From positions 416,001 through 480,000 of the forward strand of contig CAWDEM010000004.1 in NCBI GenBank assembly GCA_963801355.1: 64,000 bases of DNA, given 5' to 3'. This document shows positions 42,534 to 53,234 of this stretch, one piece after another. Both the position numbers and the translations under genes were made by a program. Source of the DNA: Ignavibacteriota bacterium (GTDB lineage: Bacteria; Bacteroidota; Ignavibacteria; UBA10030; UBA6906). The number at the start of each line of letters is the position of its first letter. Position 1 is the first letter of the stretch. The notes below the pieces were generated by a model. It ran no database searches. It was not told where the DNA came from and was given only the letters and a program-made list of their open reading frames with translations.

Positions 42534-43390
42534 TCAATTCCCCATTGGGCATAGATCGGTACTGCTTCGGGAGCCTGCACCACGTTTAATGGTAAGGTTC
42601 AGGAAGCAGTGCAGTCCAGCAGCTATGAAGATATTGGCGGTTCTGGCAAACACAACTCCCAATACGATTCCGACCAACAGAATCCGCACCAAAGAAGGTA
42701 TCATGTCCCAGAGACCTTCCCTGTTGACAATGAGCCGACCGGGAAGATGTGCAACCATAAATAGGAGTGCAGATGCAAGAACGGACGTTAGTGCAGCGCT
42801 ACCCAGACCGAAAGAGAATCGTTCGCGTGCGAGCTTATAGAATTGCAGCATGAAAAAGCCACGCAACAACACCTCTTCGAAAACGCTTCCAATGACGATC
42901 GCTTTCGCTAAGTGATAACGACTCACAGTCACCACCGAACGGGAGGCCTGTGACGATCCGACCGGTGAAGGCAATTCCCTCTAGCCGTGCGGAGCATTTG
43001 AACGGACAGCCACAGGAGTAGCAGCACAACGATTGCTGGAAGAATCAACTCCCTCCTGATCCCGACATCCCTGTGGCTTAGACGTCCCACCACAAACAGC
43101 ACGACAATGACTCGGATGGACTGGAGGATGAGCATTGAGACAAACCGCTCATCGAGCCATTGTGAAGTGGCCTGCGAGAGTGCAGTTAATAACTCCGTCT
43201 GAACGAGTGTTGGGTAAACCCAAGTGGAAGTGAGGATGAGAACGGTGTATGCCAAAACATAGAGCCACCAAGGAGAAGTTCTTACCGTCGCACTGAGGGC
43301 CTCGCTCTCGGCCAACCACTGATTCGACCGTGGGATTAATGAGCCTCCTCCCCCATCCGACGTTCCCGCCTGACTCATTGAAGTGGCCAT
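42534..43390 (-). pseudogene. CPBP/CAAX (Abi-family) intramembrane protease, frameshifted
   Basis: FEEVLLRG, LLFMVAH, GLHCFLN; split near 42970. Confidence 0.75.
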
Positions 43391-43467
43391 ATTGAGTGCA
43401 CACTATACCGGGGATAATTCCTAGCGCGATATGGCCGACTTGATTCCACGCACGCTCCCCTCTCCCC

Positions 43468-44106
43468 TCACGCATGTGCGTCGGGTGCGGACGTCACGTC
43501 GGGTGCAACTTCGATCGTGCGTCCTTTGCCAAGAACACCTGAAGCTTTAAGTAGTTGTAGAGTGCGGCCAAAGTCTGAGCTCGATGGGGTCGTGTTGATG
43601 TTGGGTAGCATCTCGGACACCATTTGCGAAAGCGAGATTACTCGTATCGGATTCCCCTTTAGCGCACGGCGAAAGCTCTCATTTTGCTCCCACTCAACCG
43701 AATTGCCAGAAATTCGAGTAACGGCAGTGACGTATGTGAACTTGCGAGATCCTGATTCACGAAAGATAGCATCACAGAATGCCTCACTCCACTTGGGATT
43801 CGCGAGTTCCCTAAAAAATTTCCAGGACTCCCGTCCCGACCAAATTTTGTTTTCCTTCAGATTCGTCAGTGTGGAGCGAACATTGAATCCACATTGCCCA
43901 CTCTTGCAGCTGACTACCCACACTTTCGACGTTCCTCTGAGATGCGGATTGATCCCGATTACGTCGATGTCACTTGGTACGGAGTCCACTTTGGAAGAAA
44001 AGTCGGCGTGATTCCTTTGCGGTCGGAATTTCACGTTGTGCCGCGTGAAGTATCCCTTGGCTTGGAGATAATCGTCGACAACTTGTTCAAGTATGTCTTC
44101 CTTCAT
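43468..44106 (-). CDS. PD-(D/E)XK restriction-endonuclease-like protein
   Basis: EDILEQVVDDYLQAKGY, DIDVIG, VVSCKS. Confidence 0.7.
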   Translation of the reverse strand: MKEDILEQVVDDYLQAKGYFTRHNVKFRPQRNHADFSSKVDSVPSDIDVIGINPHLRGTSKVWVVSCKSGQCGFNVRSTLTNLKENKIWSGRESWKFFRELANPKWSEAFCDAIFRESGSRKFTYVTAVTRISGNSVEWEQNESFRRALKGNPIRVISLSQMVSEMLPNINTTPSSSDFGRTLQLLKASGVLGKGRTIEVAPDVTSAPDAHA

Positions 44107-44120
44107 CGTTGGTTCGTGCT

Positions 44121-44200
44121 CCCTAACAGATTAGGTCCACCAGTGCGGTCAAGACAATATCCAACTCCACGCGGGGTCAGGTGCAGAATCTTGGTGACCG
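44121..44200 (-). other. Decayed attC-like site
   Basis: CTGCACCTGACCCCGCGTGGAGTTGGAT nearly identical to the 32594 site; ends GTTAGGG before the ATG. Confidence 0.6.
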
Positions 44201-44201
44201 C

Positions 44202-44882
44202 TCACCTGCCGACCCTAAGAATATCAGGGAAAAGATTCTTTCGAAGACGAGCACCTTTTCGTGAATGTTGCCCAGCTATGAGCCCACGCTCCTCGAGTAC
44301 TCGCAATACCTCGTCCTGCGCGTCTTGTCTCAAATAAGTCCCGCGACAGAGATGAGTCATGTCGGAGTTAGAAAGACGCCTATTGTCTCTGAGATGTGCC
44401 AAGACCGCCAGGGCGACGTAGAATTTGCGGTCCCGGTTCTCGCCTGACAGACTATTGTAGATATTCCGGGGATGCGTGTAGTCACGCGTCAAGTATTTTG
44501 CTAGGTTAGGAACAAGATTGTCTTGATCAAAGCCGTCTGCTGACTTGTACTCAATCCTTTGAAGACCTTGGATATCTGCGGGAACTCCTCTGGTGAGTGA
44601 TCGATTAAGGAGGATATAGTAGTCAACCCGTAGCCCCTCGGCCAATCCAATTTCAAGCGCAACGTTAGGGTTCCACAGGGAGATGTCGAAAATGCAGAAG
44701 TCAACTGCTTTGATGTAACTGGTGAGAACGCCCAACAAGTGCTTTGTGGTCAGACGAGTATCGGCGTAATACCAACGAAATGGAATCTTGTCGAGAGTGT
44801 TCTTGAATTCCTGAAACGGAAATTCTCCACCGTATGGACACCCGACGAAGACACTGGGTAGCTTGTATGGTGCTCTTGCCAT
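44202..44882 (-). CDS. Nucleoside-deoxyribosyltransferase/TIR-like domain plus helical/wHTH-like C-terminus
   Basis: VFVGCPY, DFCIFDIS.WNPNVALEIGLA, VPADIQG..RIEY; GAGGAGG RBS. Confidence 0.7.
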   Translation of the reverse strand: MARAPYKLPSVFVGCPYGGEFPFQEFKNTLDKIPFRWYYADTRLTTKHLLGVLTSYIKAVDFCIFDISLWNPNVALEIGLAEGLRVDYYILLNRSLTRGVPADIQGLQRIEYKSADGFDQDNLVPNLAKYLTRDYTHPRNIYNSLSGENRDRKFYVALAVLAHLRDNRRLSNSDMTHLCRGTYLRQDAQDEVLRVLEERGLIAGQHSRKGARLRKNLFPDILRVGR

Positions 44883-44905
44883 AGTGCCTCCTCAAAAGTG
44901 TGAGC

Positions 44906-44945
44906 GCCCTAGCAATGGCTACTCACCTGCGCCGCAAAACGCAAT
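44906..44945 (-). other. Right half of an attC-like site
   Basis: GCGGCGCAGGTGAGTAGCCATTGCTAGGGC (GTT changed to GCT). Confidence 0.5.
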
Positions 44946-45046
44946 AGCCTCCCCATCCATCGGACGAAGAGGCCCATTCTACATGTCGCAGTATACCTTC
45001 CCCCGATTGCTGCTTCGAAGATACGGGAAGAGCCCCAGATTGTCAA
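44946..45046 (-). promoter_or_regulatory. Promoter plus conserved leader hairpin (copy 1)
   Basis: TTGACA-17 nt-TATCTT; GGCCTCTTCGTCCGATGGATGGGGAGGCT identical at 60148-60176. Confidence 0.7.
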
Positions 45047-45234
45047 CGGCGTTTCGATATGAAGAGGTAGCGTACTCGCCCGAAATTGGTGCGTACTGGA
45101 TGCGTGAGCGGATGAAGCCGTCCAGGGATGCCAGACAAAAGGGGAAGCCACTTGTAGCTCCCCTTCCCCACATCGAATTGTACCGTGAACACTCCCGCAG
45201 GTCTGGTTACATTCACCAGATGGGCTACTTCCTG

Positions 45235-45738
45235 TCATTTGGTTGGAGGTGTTGCCTGGACACCAAGCTGCTGTAGGACAGAATGCATGTCATACTCTGT
45301 GTGCTCTTCTGCAAGCTTGCCGTCCACGAAGCGGCTCAAGCTCAATCCACTAGCCTTGAATGACTTCCCGGTGGGGGGGAATGCTCCGGGACCGGTGTTC
45401 GTTCCGGTGATGGTCCAACGCACTACCGCATGGTCCCCTACATAGAATTCCTCCTCGATGGTCACTTTGAAGTCCGGATACATCCCGCGGATGGACGCAA
45501 TGACTCCCTTCAGTGAATCTAACCCCCTGGACACATCGGTCGTCCTATCATAGCGCACGACCTGCGGCACACAGATTCCGTCGAGAGCGCTGAGATTCCC
45601 CGTGTTCCACGCTTGAACGTAGGTCTCCACCACGGGCTTGAGTTTTGCAGTCGCATCTCGTACCGGGTCGGGGGGTTGTTGGCACCCCATCAGGAGGCCG
45701 ACACTGACAAAAAAAGCTAAGAAGAAGACTGGTCTCAT
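45235..45738 (-). CDS. SnoaL-like ester cyclase lipoprotein
   Basis: Lipobox LMGC, YPDF, RWTITGTNTG..PPTGK, RFVDGK, LQQLG. Confidence 0.85.
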   Translation of the reverse strand: MRPVFFLAFFVSVGLLMGCQQPPDPVRDATAKLKPVVETYVQAWNTGNLSALDGICVPQVVRYDRTTDVSRGLDSLKGVIASIRGMYPDFKVTIEEEFYVGDHAVVRWTITGTNTGPGAFPPTGKSFKASGLSLSRFVDGKLAEEHTEYDMHSVLQQLGVQATPPTK

Positions 45739-45965
45739 GGCTAGTTCTCCTATCATGATGTTGATTGCTTCACTGTTTGTGAAGCTGCATGGCACGCAGG
45801 ATAGTCTCGTATTACCTCATTCTGACCTGCGCTTCGTGAAAGAGTGAAGTACCGCGTGATTGGTGCTCTTCTTTCTCAAGACTGCGCGCGGACAGCCGAC
45901 CGTGTACAGCTGAAGTTGTCTTGCGTGTGCGGTTTTCTATCTGTGCGCGGACTTCTCCGCACAGC

Positions 45966-46481
45966 CTATTTGCGCTCCTGCATCGGTGGTGGGAAGTGTC
46001 CTAACTGCATCAATGCTGACAAATTGTCCCAAGTTACCCACATTTCCGCAACCTTGCCATTCTCGAAGCGTTGCACGCCGGCAATCTCTATGGACATCTG
46101 TTTGTTTGACGGGGGAAAAGGCCCCATTGATCCCTTTTGAGTGCCCACGTAAGTGCCGTGGAACGCCACGAAGTTGCCTTCCGCCACCACGTGGTCAAAC
46201 GTCATACGCGAATCAGGGAAAGCAGCAGAATCTCGTCTCAGAAACTGTTTGAACTCTTCCAAACTGTTGACCTTAACATCAGGCGTCGCCTGGGAATGGC
46301 GGACGAAATTTCTGATGCCCCAATCATTGAGATCCTCGAAGTTCTTGCTGTTGATTGCGTCAACGCTACGGAGGAACACCTGTTTGTTTTCCTCTGCCTG
46401 TTGTATGGCAGAAGGCTTGCAGCCAACGATGAATAGCAGAAGTGTCATTCCAGCTGCCAAAAGTAGGTTCTGTGGTTTCAT
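45966..46481 (-). CDS. SnoaL-like ester cyclase lipoprotein
   Basis: Lipobox IVGC, AFPD, VAEG, GTQKG..PPSNK, RFENGK, WD..LMQLG. Confidence 0.85.
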   Translation of the reverse strand: MKPQNLLLAAGMTLLLFIVGCKPSAIQQAEENKQVFLRSVDAINSKNFEDLNDWGIRNFVRHSQATPDVKVNSLEEFKQFLRRDSAAFPDSRMTFDHVVAEGNFVAFHGTYVGTQKGSMGPFPPSNKQMSIEIAGVQRFENGKVAEMWVTWDNLSALMQLGHFPPPMQERK

Positions 46482-47168
46482 CTGTCACTCCTTGATTTGG
46501 AGACATAGAGCCAGACAATTTCAGCTCGCTCAGGATTCGGTGGGTCGTCGGGTAGGACGGTAAGACTCGGCGGCTCGCTGAGTTCTACATTGAGCCATTG
46601 AGTTCTTGTGTCTATTCAGACTTAGTGTACTTCGAGGCTCGTAGCCAAGGGGTCGTCGGGGAAGGCTCTACAGCAGAGGAACAGGGTCCAGAGCGGCGGC
46701 TCATTGGCTGAGGAGCCATTGAGCTGTTCTATGGCGAAAAATATAACACAGCGCTCAAGCAAAGTCAAACTGCACTTGTAGAGGGGAGCGTAGACCCCGA
46801 AAGTGTTGCGGACTGGATGCGCACACATCACGCCGACCCCTCCCCACCCCCAAAGCGGGGTTGCCTCTCCAACGCCGTTGAGATTCGGCTGAATTAAGTT
46901 GAAGTTCGACTACTCTCTCCTCACGCCTGTCCTGCCACATGCGTACACTGTTTCGCTTCCTCAACGTCACACGTCCTACACAAATAGCTACGCACTCATC
47001 GTGTGAGTTCGACCCGGCGCTCTGCGCCGGGACCTCAGCGTAACAGCCCAACCACACGCCCACACGCAAACCCCTCCCACTCCAAAGGCTCCCCTGTGTA
47101 TGTGGAGCTACAAAACAAATCACAAGCATCGCTACGCGACAACCACAACCCTTCGGGAGGCTACGCCA

Positions 47169-47444
47169 ATGGCAGCACTCACAGTGATTCGCGAATCCAA
47201 GTTCTTCCGGTTCAACCGCGAAGCAGGTTATGTCCCATGCACGGTTGCTCAGGCAACGAAGATCACGGGAATTGTCCCGACTGGGACCACAGCAGAGGAC
47301 ATCACGGCATACGTGTCGGATAAGTTGCCCGGCATGGTCGTCACCGTGAAGTCCAATGCTCCCTGTAACGCCCAGAAACGTCCCGAGAGAACCGGGATGA
47401 ACTTCATCGACATCCGCCTGGCTGTTCAGGGCCAGGACTTCTGA
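47169..47444 (+). CDS. Phage-like hypothetical protein
   Basis: GGGAGG RBS, 91 aa, followed by hairpins at 47461 and 47523. Confidence 0.6.
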   Translation: MAALTVIRESKFFRFNREAGYVPCTVAQATKITGIVPTGTTAEDITAYVSDKLPGMVVTVKSNAPCNAQKRPERTGMNFIDIRLAVQGQDF

Positions 47445-47665
47445 TTCCCAGCTGACGACCCTGGGAGCACCTGACGGTGCTTCCCAGGGGAGTCGAGTTC
47501 TCAATCCTCCCACACACCACAGGACGGCGCTGAAGCGCCGTCACGATACGCTCAGACACGCATGTGTCCAGGCACTTGGGTGTTCCCCGCGAGCGTATGC
47601 GGCGCAGCTAGAGCATTCCCAGCACACTTAGGAAAACCAGCACAGGACTTCTTCAAGGAGATCTC

Positions 47666-47803
47666 GTGAAAGAATACTTGGTCTACACACTCGGTAGCGG
47701 TTGCTACCTCGGTCGGATAATGGCTTCCAACTTTTCTTCAGCGCTCAAGCGCGCCCAAATCAAGTACGGGTCACCCTTTGTCACCTGCGTACAGGTGCAC
47801 TGA
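47666..47803 (+). CDS. Small hypothetical protein (45 aa)
   Basis: AAGGAG RBS, GTG start, MKEYLVYTLGSGCYLGRIMA. Confidence 0.45.
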   Translation: MKEYLVYTLGSGCYLGRIMASNFSSALKRAQIKYGSPFVTCVQVH

Positions 47804-47856
47804 GTATTCGCGCGCGACGTAGCCGCCGGTGCTCCGTGAAGTCGTTACCGGCATAT

Positions 47857-47970
47857 AGCCTGATCGTCTAATAGGCAAAGGTTGTGTGCGACTTCTTGAC
47901 GTTGACGCACCTTTAGGACGACCTCCCTCTCAGGAAGTAGATGTGGGTGCAATTCCCGCTCAGGCTACCA
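47857..47970 (+). tRNA. Phage-type tRNA-Glu(CTC)-like gene with a 38-nt D-loop insertion
   Basis: AGCCTGA/TCAGGCT-A-CCA acceptor, TC-GTCT..GG..A-GGAC D arm, GTGGG-TGCAATT-CCCGC T arm; anticodon arm one base too long. Confidence 0.7.
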
Positions 47971-48002
47971 CTCATAGCTATTCACTCATACCAAGGACTC
48001 AC

Positions 48003-48188
48003 ATGGACGAATACAAGATGGGGCGCATCGGCGCGGTGATCGGCATAGTCACTCCGTTATTCTCCACGTCAGAATTTCACGGACTGATGCGATTGCTGGA
48101 ATCACTCGGACCCGAGGACGACATCCGGACAATAGTCACTTTAGCACTCCCAACATTCAACGATAGGACTCATGCGGCATGGCACTGA
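48003..48188 (+). CDS. Small phage-like hypothetical protein
   Basis: AAGGA RBS, MDEYKMGRIG. Confidence 0.45.
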   Translation: MDEYKMGRIGAVIGIVTPLFSTSEFHGLMRLLESLGPEDDIRTIVTLALPTFNDRTHAAWH

Positions 48189-48367
48189 CAACGTATACAG
48201 CGATCATCGGTGGGGACCACAAGGTACTTGCCCTTTACAAACACCCTTTGGCTACACTCGCAGCTCTCGATCAGTTGGAAACATGGCACACCACACTCGT
48301 AGACATGGTTGCCACGGATTATCACCAGGCGCAGATCACGCTTCAGAAGATCGGGTATTCACTTTGA
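48179..48367 (+). CDS. Small phage-like hypothetical protein
   Basis: Co-oriented ORF overlapping the previous one. Confidence 0.4.
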   Translation: MALTTYTAIIGGDHKVLALYKHPLATLAALDQLETWHTTLVDMVATDYHQAQITLQKIGYSL

Positions 48368-48708
48368 ACTGCATCGTCGGACCGACTTCATGTTGCCCGC
48401 GCTACATCAGAAACGTGGCTTGCGTGTTAATCTGTGACACATCACTCCCCGGTGGCCATGCCCGTCATTCAGGACACGCCACCTGGGGTGACCCTGCCCA
48501 TTCTCAGAATAACCGGCACACGAGCCTACTTGAAGACGAGTATTACGCATGCGACGGCACAGAGCAGAAGCGATCTCTCTTCGGCATGGGTTCACTCCTC
48601 ACAAACACCCCAGGGATTAGCGCATCTCGCGATTGAAAGTGCGCAGGTGTTCGAGACCTGAACTTCAGCCTACTGGCGGAGGGCCAACAGTCCTCCCGCC
48701 GGCCAACT

Positions 48709-49774
48709 ATGTACGCCTATTTCAAGCACTCAAGGTACAGCATTTACCAGCGCCTTGTAAACATATCACCAATGGGGAGCCTCAAAAATATGTTTGCACT
48801 CAAGACAAAAGGTATCACCCGCTACACTGTGGCGGCCAAGTTAGCCCAACTGGCCAGCAACTCATCGTCAACGCCATCCAGGGTGGCTCTGCTCGGGCTG
48901 ATGCCCGTGCACTACAGTCCCGGAAGTCTGCGAGCTGGACAGGTGTGCTGGCAGACAAACTTTGACTGGACAGCACGTATACCGCAGGCACCCAGCTTTG
49001 CCCGGCGTATCAGCAAACACCTGTACAAGGCCCAGGGCTTACAAGCTGCCGGCCCAGGCGCTGCAGGCCATCGGCAACCTGGCCGAAGAGTACTCCACCG
49101 AGCCCAAAGAGTACTACTGGGACGTTGCCAAGTCTATCGACTGGGACGCCGGCGACTTTGGTGACGACGGCTCATGCTTCTGGGGTTGCCGCGAAGGAAG
49201 ATAGGGAGATGCTCGACCATGCCCATATTGCCGGAGCTGTACGGCTGTATCACCGCGAGGGCCGCTTACTATGAGGCTTGCCCGCTGCTGGTTTGTCAAC
49301 CAGAAAGAGGGCGTTGTCATCTTCAATGCCTACGGTGATGATCTCTCAACATTCGCAGAAATACTGGCACACCACCTCCAAGCCAAATGGGTGAAAGCAT
49401 ACCTGGAATGGCATGGCGGTACGGACAGCCTCTACATCAACGGTGAGCGTGGCATCCTGCTCTTTCCACCCACCGAGAAACATTCTCCCACGAACACGTC
49501 CATCACTATCCATGGACTTCGGGACGGCAGCTGCGGTGCATGTGGCTGTGAGCAGTATGACGACGACCTGCATGAGTATGAGGGCTATGAGTTCTGCATA
49601 GGTTGTGGAAGTCACTGTGACTGGTGTGGCTGCAACATCCCTCATCATGATACCGGTCCCGGCTCGTGGCACCTGGGAGTATATAGAACCGATGCCGGTC
49701 GCCGTTACTGCCGCAAGTGTGCGGGCAACAAGGGCTGCTATGAACACGCGGAAGAAGAGGCGGAAGCCGCATGA
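48709..49774 (+). pseudogene. Phage protein with WDAGDFGDDGSCFWG motif and C-terminal Zn fingers, multiply frameshifted
   Basis: Protein-like segments across several ORFs (FARRISKHLYK, IGNLA, ARCW, FNAYG, CxxC repeats). Confidence 0.55.
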
Positions 49775-50710
49775 AACGTAAACACCGATTGCGCTACCGC
49801 GAAAATAGATCCGACGCTCCCCCTCCCCTCATAGGCGCTTCACCGTTGACGGGGCTGGGTCCGGCAAGGTATATTGAAACCCCCAAGCATGCACTCATAC
49901 CGATTCCGCATGACTTGGGACGTTCTCAAACGCATCTGCCTCATGGACGAAGAAGAGTTTATCCCGTATGGCGTCAACCTGCTGGACGCGAACTACCCAC
50001 TTATCTACAAGGACAACGACGCCAACGTACTGGCTGTTGCACATCTGGACTCATGTCACGAGCGGCAGCTTCTGTGAAGTTGCTGTCACACCGCCTGCGA
50101 CATGGGTATTCTCTCCAAGTCTTGGATGATCGTCTTGGTGTGTATGTCATTACCCACGTACTGCCAGCTATGGGCATCAACGTGGACGTGCTGCTCACCA
50201 CTGGCGAAGAGATGGGCCAGTCCTCTGCCGCTTACTTTGACCCGGGCGAGAAGAAGTACAACTGGATGTTCCAGTTTGACCGTGGCGGGACCGATGTTGT
50301 CACCTATGATTACGGCGACAAGTCTCTCTACAAGACGGCTCAGGGCGGCAGGCTTTGAGAGAATCGAGCAAGGGCTCTTCTCCGACATCAGCTCAATGGA
50401 ACACGTCGGGTGCAAGGGCTTCAATATCGGCACAGCATACTACGACTACCACTCGCAGCATGCCTATGCCAGGATGGACGAGCTCGATGACCAGATACGG
50501 ACATTCCAGCGTTTCCACAAACTTTTCAAAGACTCCATGCTTGAGCATACCGAGGAACGCCACTACTGGCATTATGCTCAACCGTTTCAACCCACTGAAA
50601 CCAAAGCACCACACTGGGAAGCTGTCGAGTGCTGGCGCTGCTTCACCGTCTATGAATCAGACGAAGCAGTATCTCGCTGTCCCAACTGTGCAGAAGTCAA
50701 CCCGATGTGA
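49771..50710 (+). pseudogene. Phage M20/M28-like Zn peptidase, frameshifted
   Basis: AVAHLD, LDDRLGV, GEEMG, QFDRGG, FSDI, NIGTAYYDYHS. Confidence 0.7.
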
Positions 50711-50719
50711 AAGGAAATC

Positions 50720-51688
50720 ATGCCTGACAATATCAACCAAGTAAACGGCGTGGCCTCAATGGCCTACGCCGGAAAAGTTCCGTGGCATGGCTACGGCACA
50801 CAACTCGCCGGGCTGGCAACAGCCCGCGAGATGCTTCACGCTGCGCATCTCGACTATGAAGTTGGAGCTGCGTCAGCTACTCACTTACGATCAGCAACCG
50901 CAGTACAACACTCCTCGACGTTACCGACCACTTCGCCACAGTACGCTTGGACACCGACCAGGTGCTCGGCGTCGTCGGCAAACGCTACCACGTCCTGCAG
51001 AATGTCGATGCCTTTGAAGGCTTCGACACGATCTTCGGCGAAGGGCTGGCAATCTACGAAACAGCCGGCGCACTCGGGCGTGGGGAGCGTGTCTGGGCAC
51101 TGGCGCAGATCCCTGGCTTCATCACGCTGCCCAAAGAGGACCAGGTCAAGAAATACCTCTTGCTCGTCAACACGCACGATGGCTCGATGGGCGCACGGGT
51201 GAAGCTCGTCGCTGAGCGTGTCGTGTGTGAGAACACGCTGAACGTCGCCCTGCGTGAATCCTCTGGATTCGACCTCACGATCCGTCACACCGCCTCTGCC
51301 AAGCAGAAGCTTGAGGATGCGCGCAACCTGTTCCAGGGTGCAAACTCCATCTTCAACGATGTCAACGAGATCTTCCAGGAAATGTCCCAGCGCAAAATGC
51401 TCACCGAGGACCTGCACGCGCTACTTCGCGCATGTGTTCCCGCAGGCACTCAGCATGAGTGCCATCGAGAAGGGCAAGTTCGTCCCGCCAGCTGCACGTG
51501 AAGAGTGCATGGTGCTCCATGAAACGGGCAAAGGCTCTGACATGGCCCGTGGCACACTCTGGGGCGCCTACAACGCTGTCACCGAGTACGTTGATCATCA
51601 CAAGGAGTATCGCGGTGAGGCTGAAGGACGCTTCGCGTCCACGATGCTGGGCGGCGGTGCTCAAAAGAACTGCGTGCGTTCAACGTAG
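50720..51688 (+). pseudogene. DUF932 phage/plasmid protein, frameshifted
   Basis: MAYAGKVPWHG, LGVVGKRYHVLQN, YETAGAL, NTHDGS, RVVCENTL, IRHT, GTLWGAYNAVTEYVDH. Confidence 0.85.
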
Positions 51689-51699
51689 CTGTCAAACTC

Positions 51700-52628
51700 A
51701 TGGAGAAACTAAACAGAAAGGAACAACAGTTGGCTAACCCCTATTATCGCACCGAGGAAGAGAAAGCTGAACTCATGGCGATGCGGGATGCGTTTGAAGC
51801 ACAGTTTGACGCACCCGCACCCACGAACTACACCATCCTCATCATCGGTGACACCGAGGACGGCAAGACGCACCTGGCTGCGACCATGAGCGAGATCATG
51901 CCGACCTATTTCTTCGACACGGAGTTCCGTGCCCATGTCGTCATCGACAAGTTCAAGAAGCTGGGCCGCGCAATCCGCGTCGCAGCCGTGAAGAGCTACT
52001 CCGAGCTGGTGGCTGGCACACGCTGGGTCATCAAGAACGTGAAGCCGGACGCATGCGTCGTCGTCGACTCAGGCACCGACCTTCAGAAGTATTCCGAAGA
52101 GAAGTACCTGGACGACCGTGGCCGGGAGAAGATGGGCATGCCCATCACCTGGCCGGAGATGTGGAGCTACACCTACCGCATCATGGACGACCTGAAGCAC
52201 TCAGGCTTTGTCACCGTCTACACGGCAAAGGTCAAGGATGAGTTCCTGAACGATGCACGCACCGGCAACAAGAAGCCGCGCGTCTTTGCGGATATTCCCT
52301 ACCGCGCAGACATCATCGTCGAGTTCAAGGACCGCGTGCCGCACCTGGTCAAGGCTGGCGCATGGCAGGTGGGCGACACGCCGATCAAGCTGCCCAAGGG
52401 CATCACACTGCCTGAGATCATCGCTATCTGCAAGGATCAGACGTTGCTGCCGCACGCCAACGGGCTGGCGCCCGTGGCGTCTGCGACACCGGAGATTGAC
52501 AAGATCACCATAACGCTGCCGGCTGCTCCTGCTGCGCCGCATGTGTCCAGCGCAAGCGTTGCAGACAGTCTCAGCAAAACACAACACCAAGGAGAGTCCC
52601 ACGACTCTCAACGAAAGGAACCAAGTAA
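51700..52628 (+). CDS. AAA_24 / Sak4-like ATPase (3' end probably frameshifted)
   Basis: IIGDTEDGKT, YFFDTE, VVVDSGT, PYRADII. Confidence 0.7.
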
Positions 52629-52630
52629 GT

Positions 52631-53234
52631 ATGCCACTCAAATCCAACGCTGGCAACGGCGGCAACTATATGCCGGGAGTGTTTGTCAACAAGCGCACGA
52701 TCGTCGACGTGGCCAACGCCACAGGCGAGACGACGTTCCCGAGTGACGTGGCCATCAAGCTGTTCTTCGAGAAGGTCGTGTCGAAGAAAACCAACGAAGA
52801 GTTCGAGCCGGCCATCACGATTTACGGCGACTTCCAGAAGGGTCCCGACGGCAAGGCGCTGCTGGATGCCACTGGCGCACCCCAGGGCTGGGGCTCAGCC
52901 TTCAAGATCGACCGCCTCATCAACCAGGTGGGCGGCTGGAACGGTGAGTTGACCTCTACCGCCATCCCCGACGAAGCCTTGCTGCCGCTGGTGGGCAAGA
53001 CCATCTACACGCTGTCCTACGCATCACGCGACAAGGACGGCAACAAGCAGATGAAGGACTACCAGATCGTTGCCCGCGAGAAGGAATACGCCAAGGGCGC
53101 GGAGATCGACGGTGGCGTGTGGTTGCTGGAGAACTTCCGCAACCAGGTCACGCAGCAGAAGATCAAGAACTATCACCCCGAAGCTGAATGGTTCGGGACC
53201 GGTAACAGTGCACAAAGAGGATCCAACATTCTGA
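52631..53234 (+). CDS. Phage SSB-like protein
   Basis: GAAAGGA RBS; removing one A near 53217 gives an acidic-aromatic tail EDPTF*, followed by a hairpin at 53247-53265. Confidence 0.55.
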
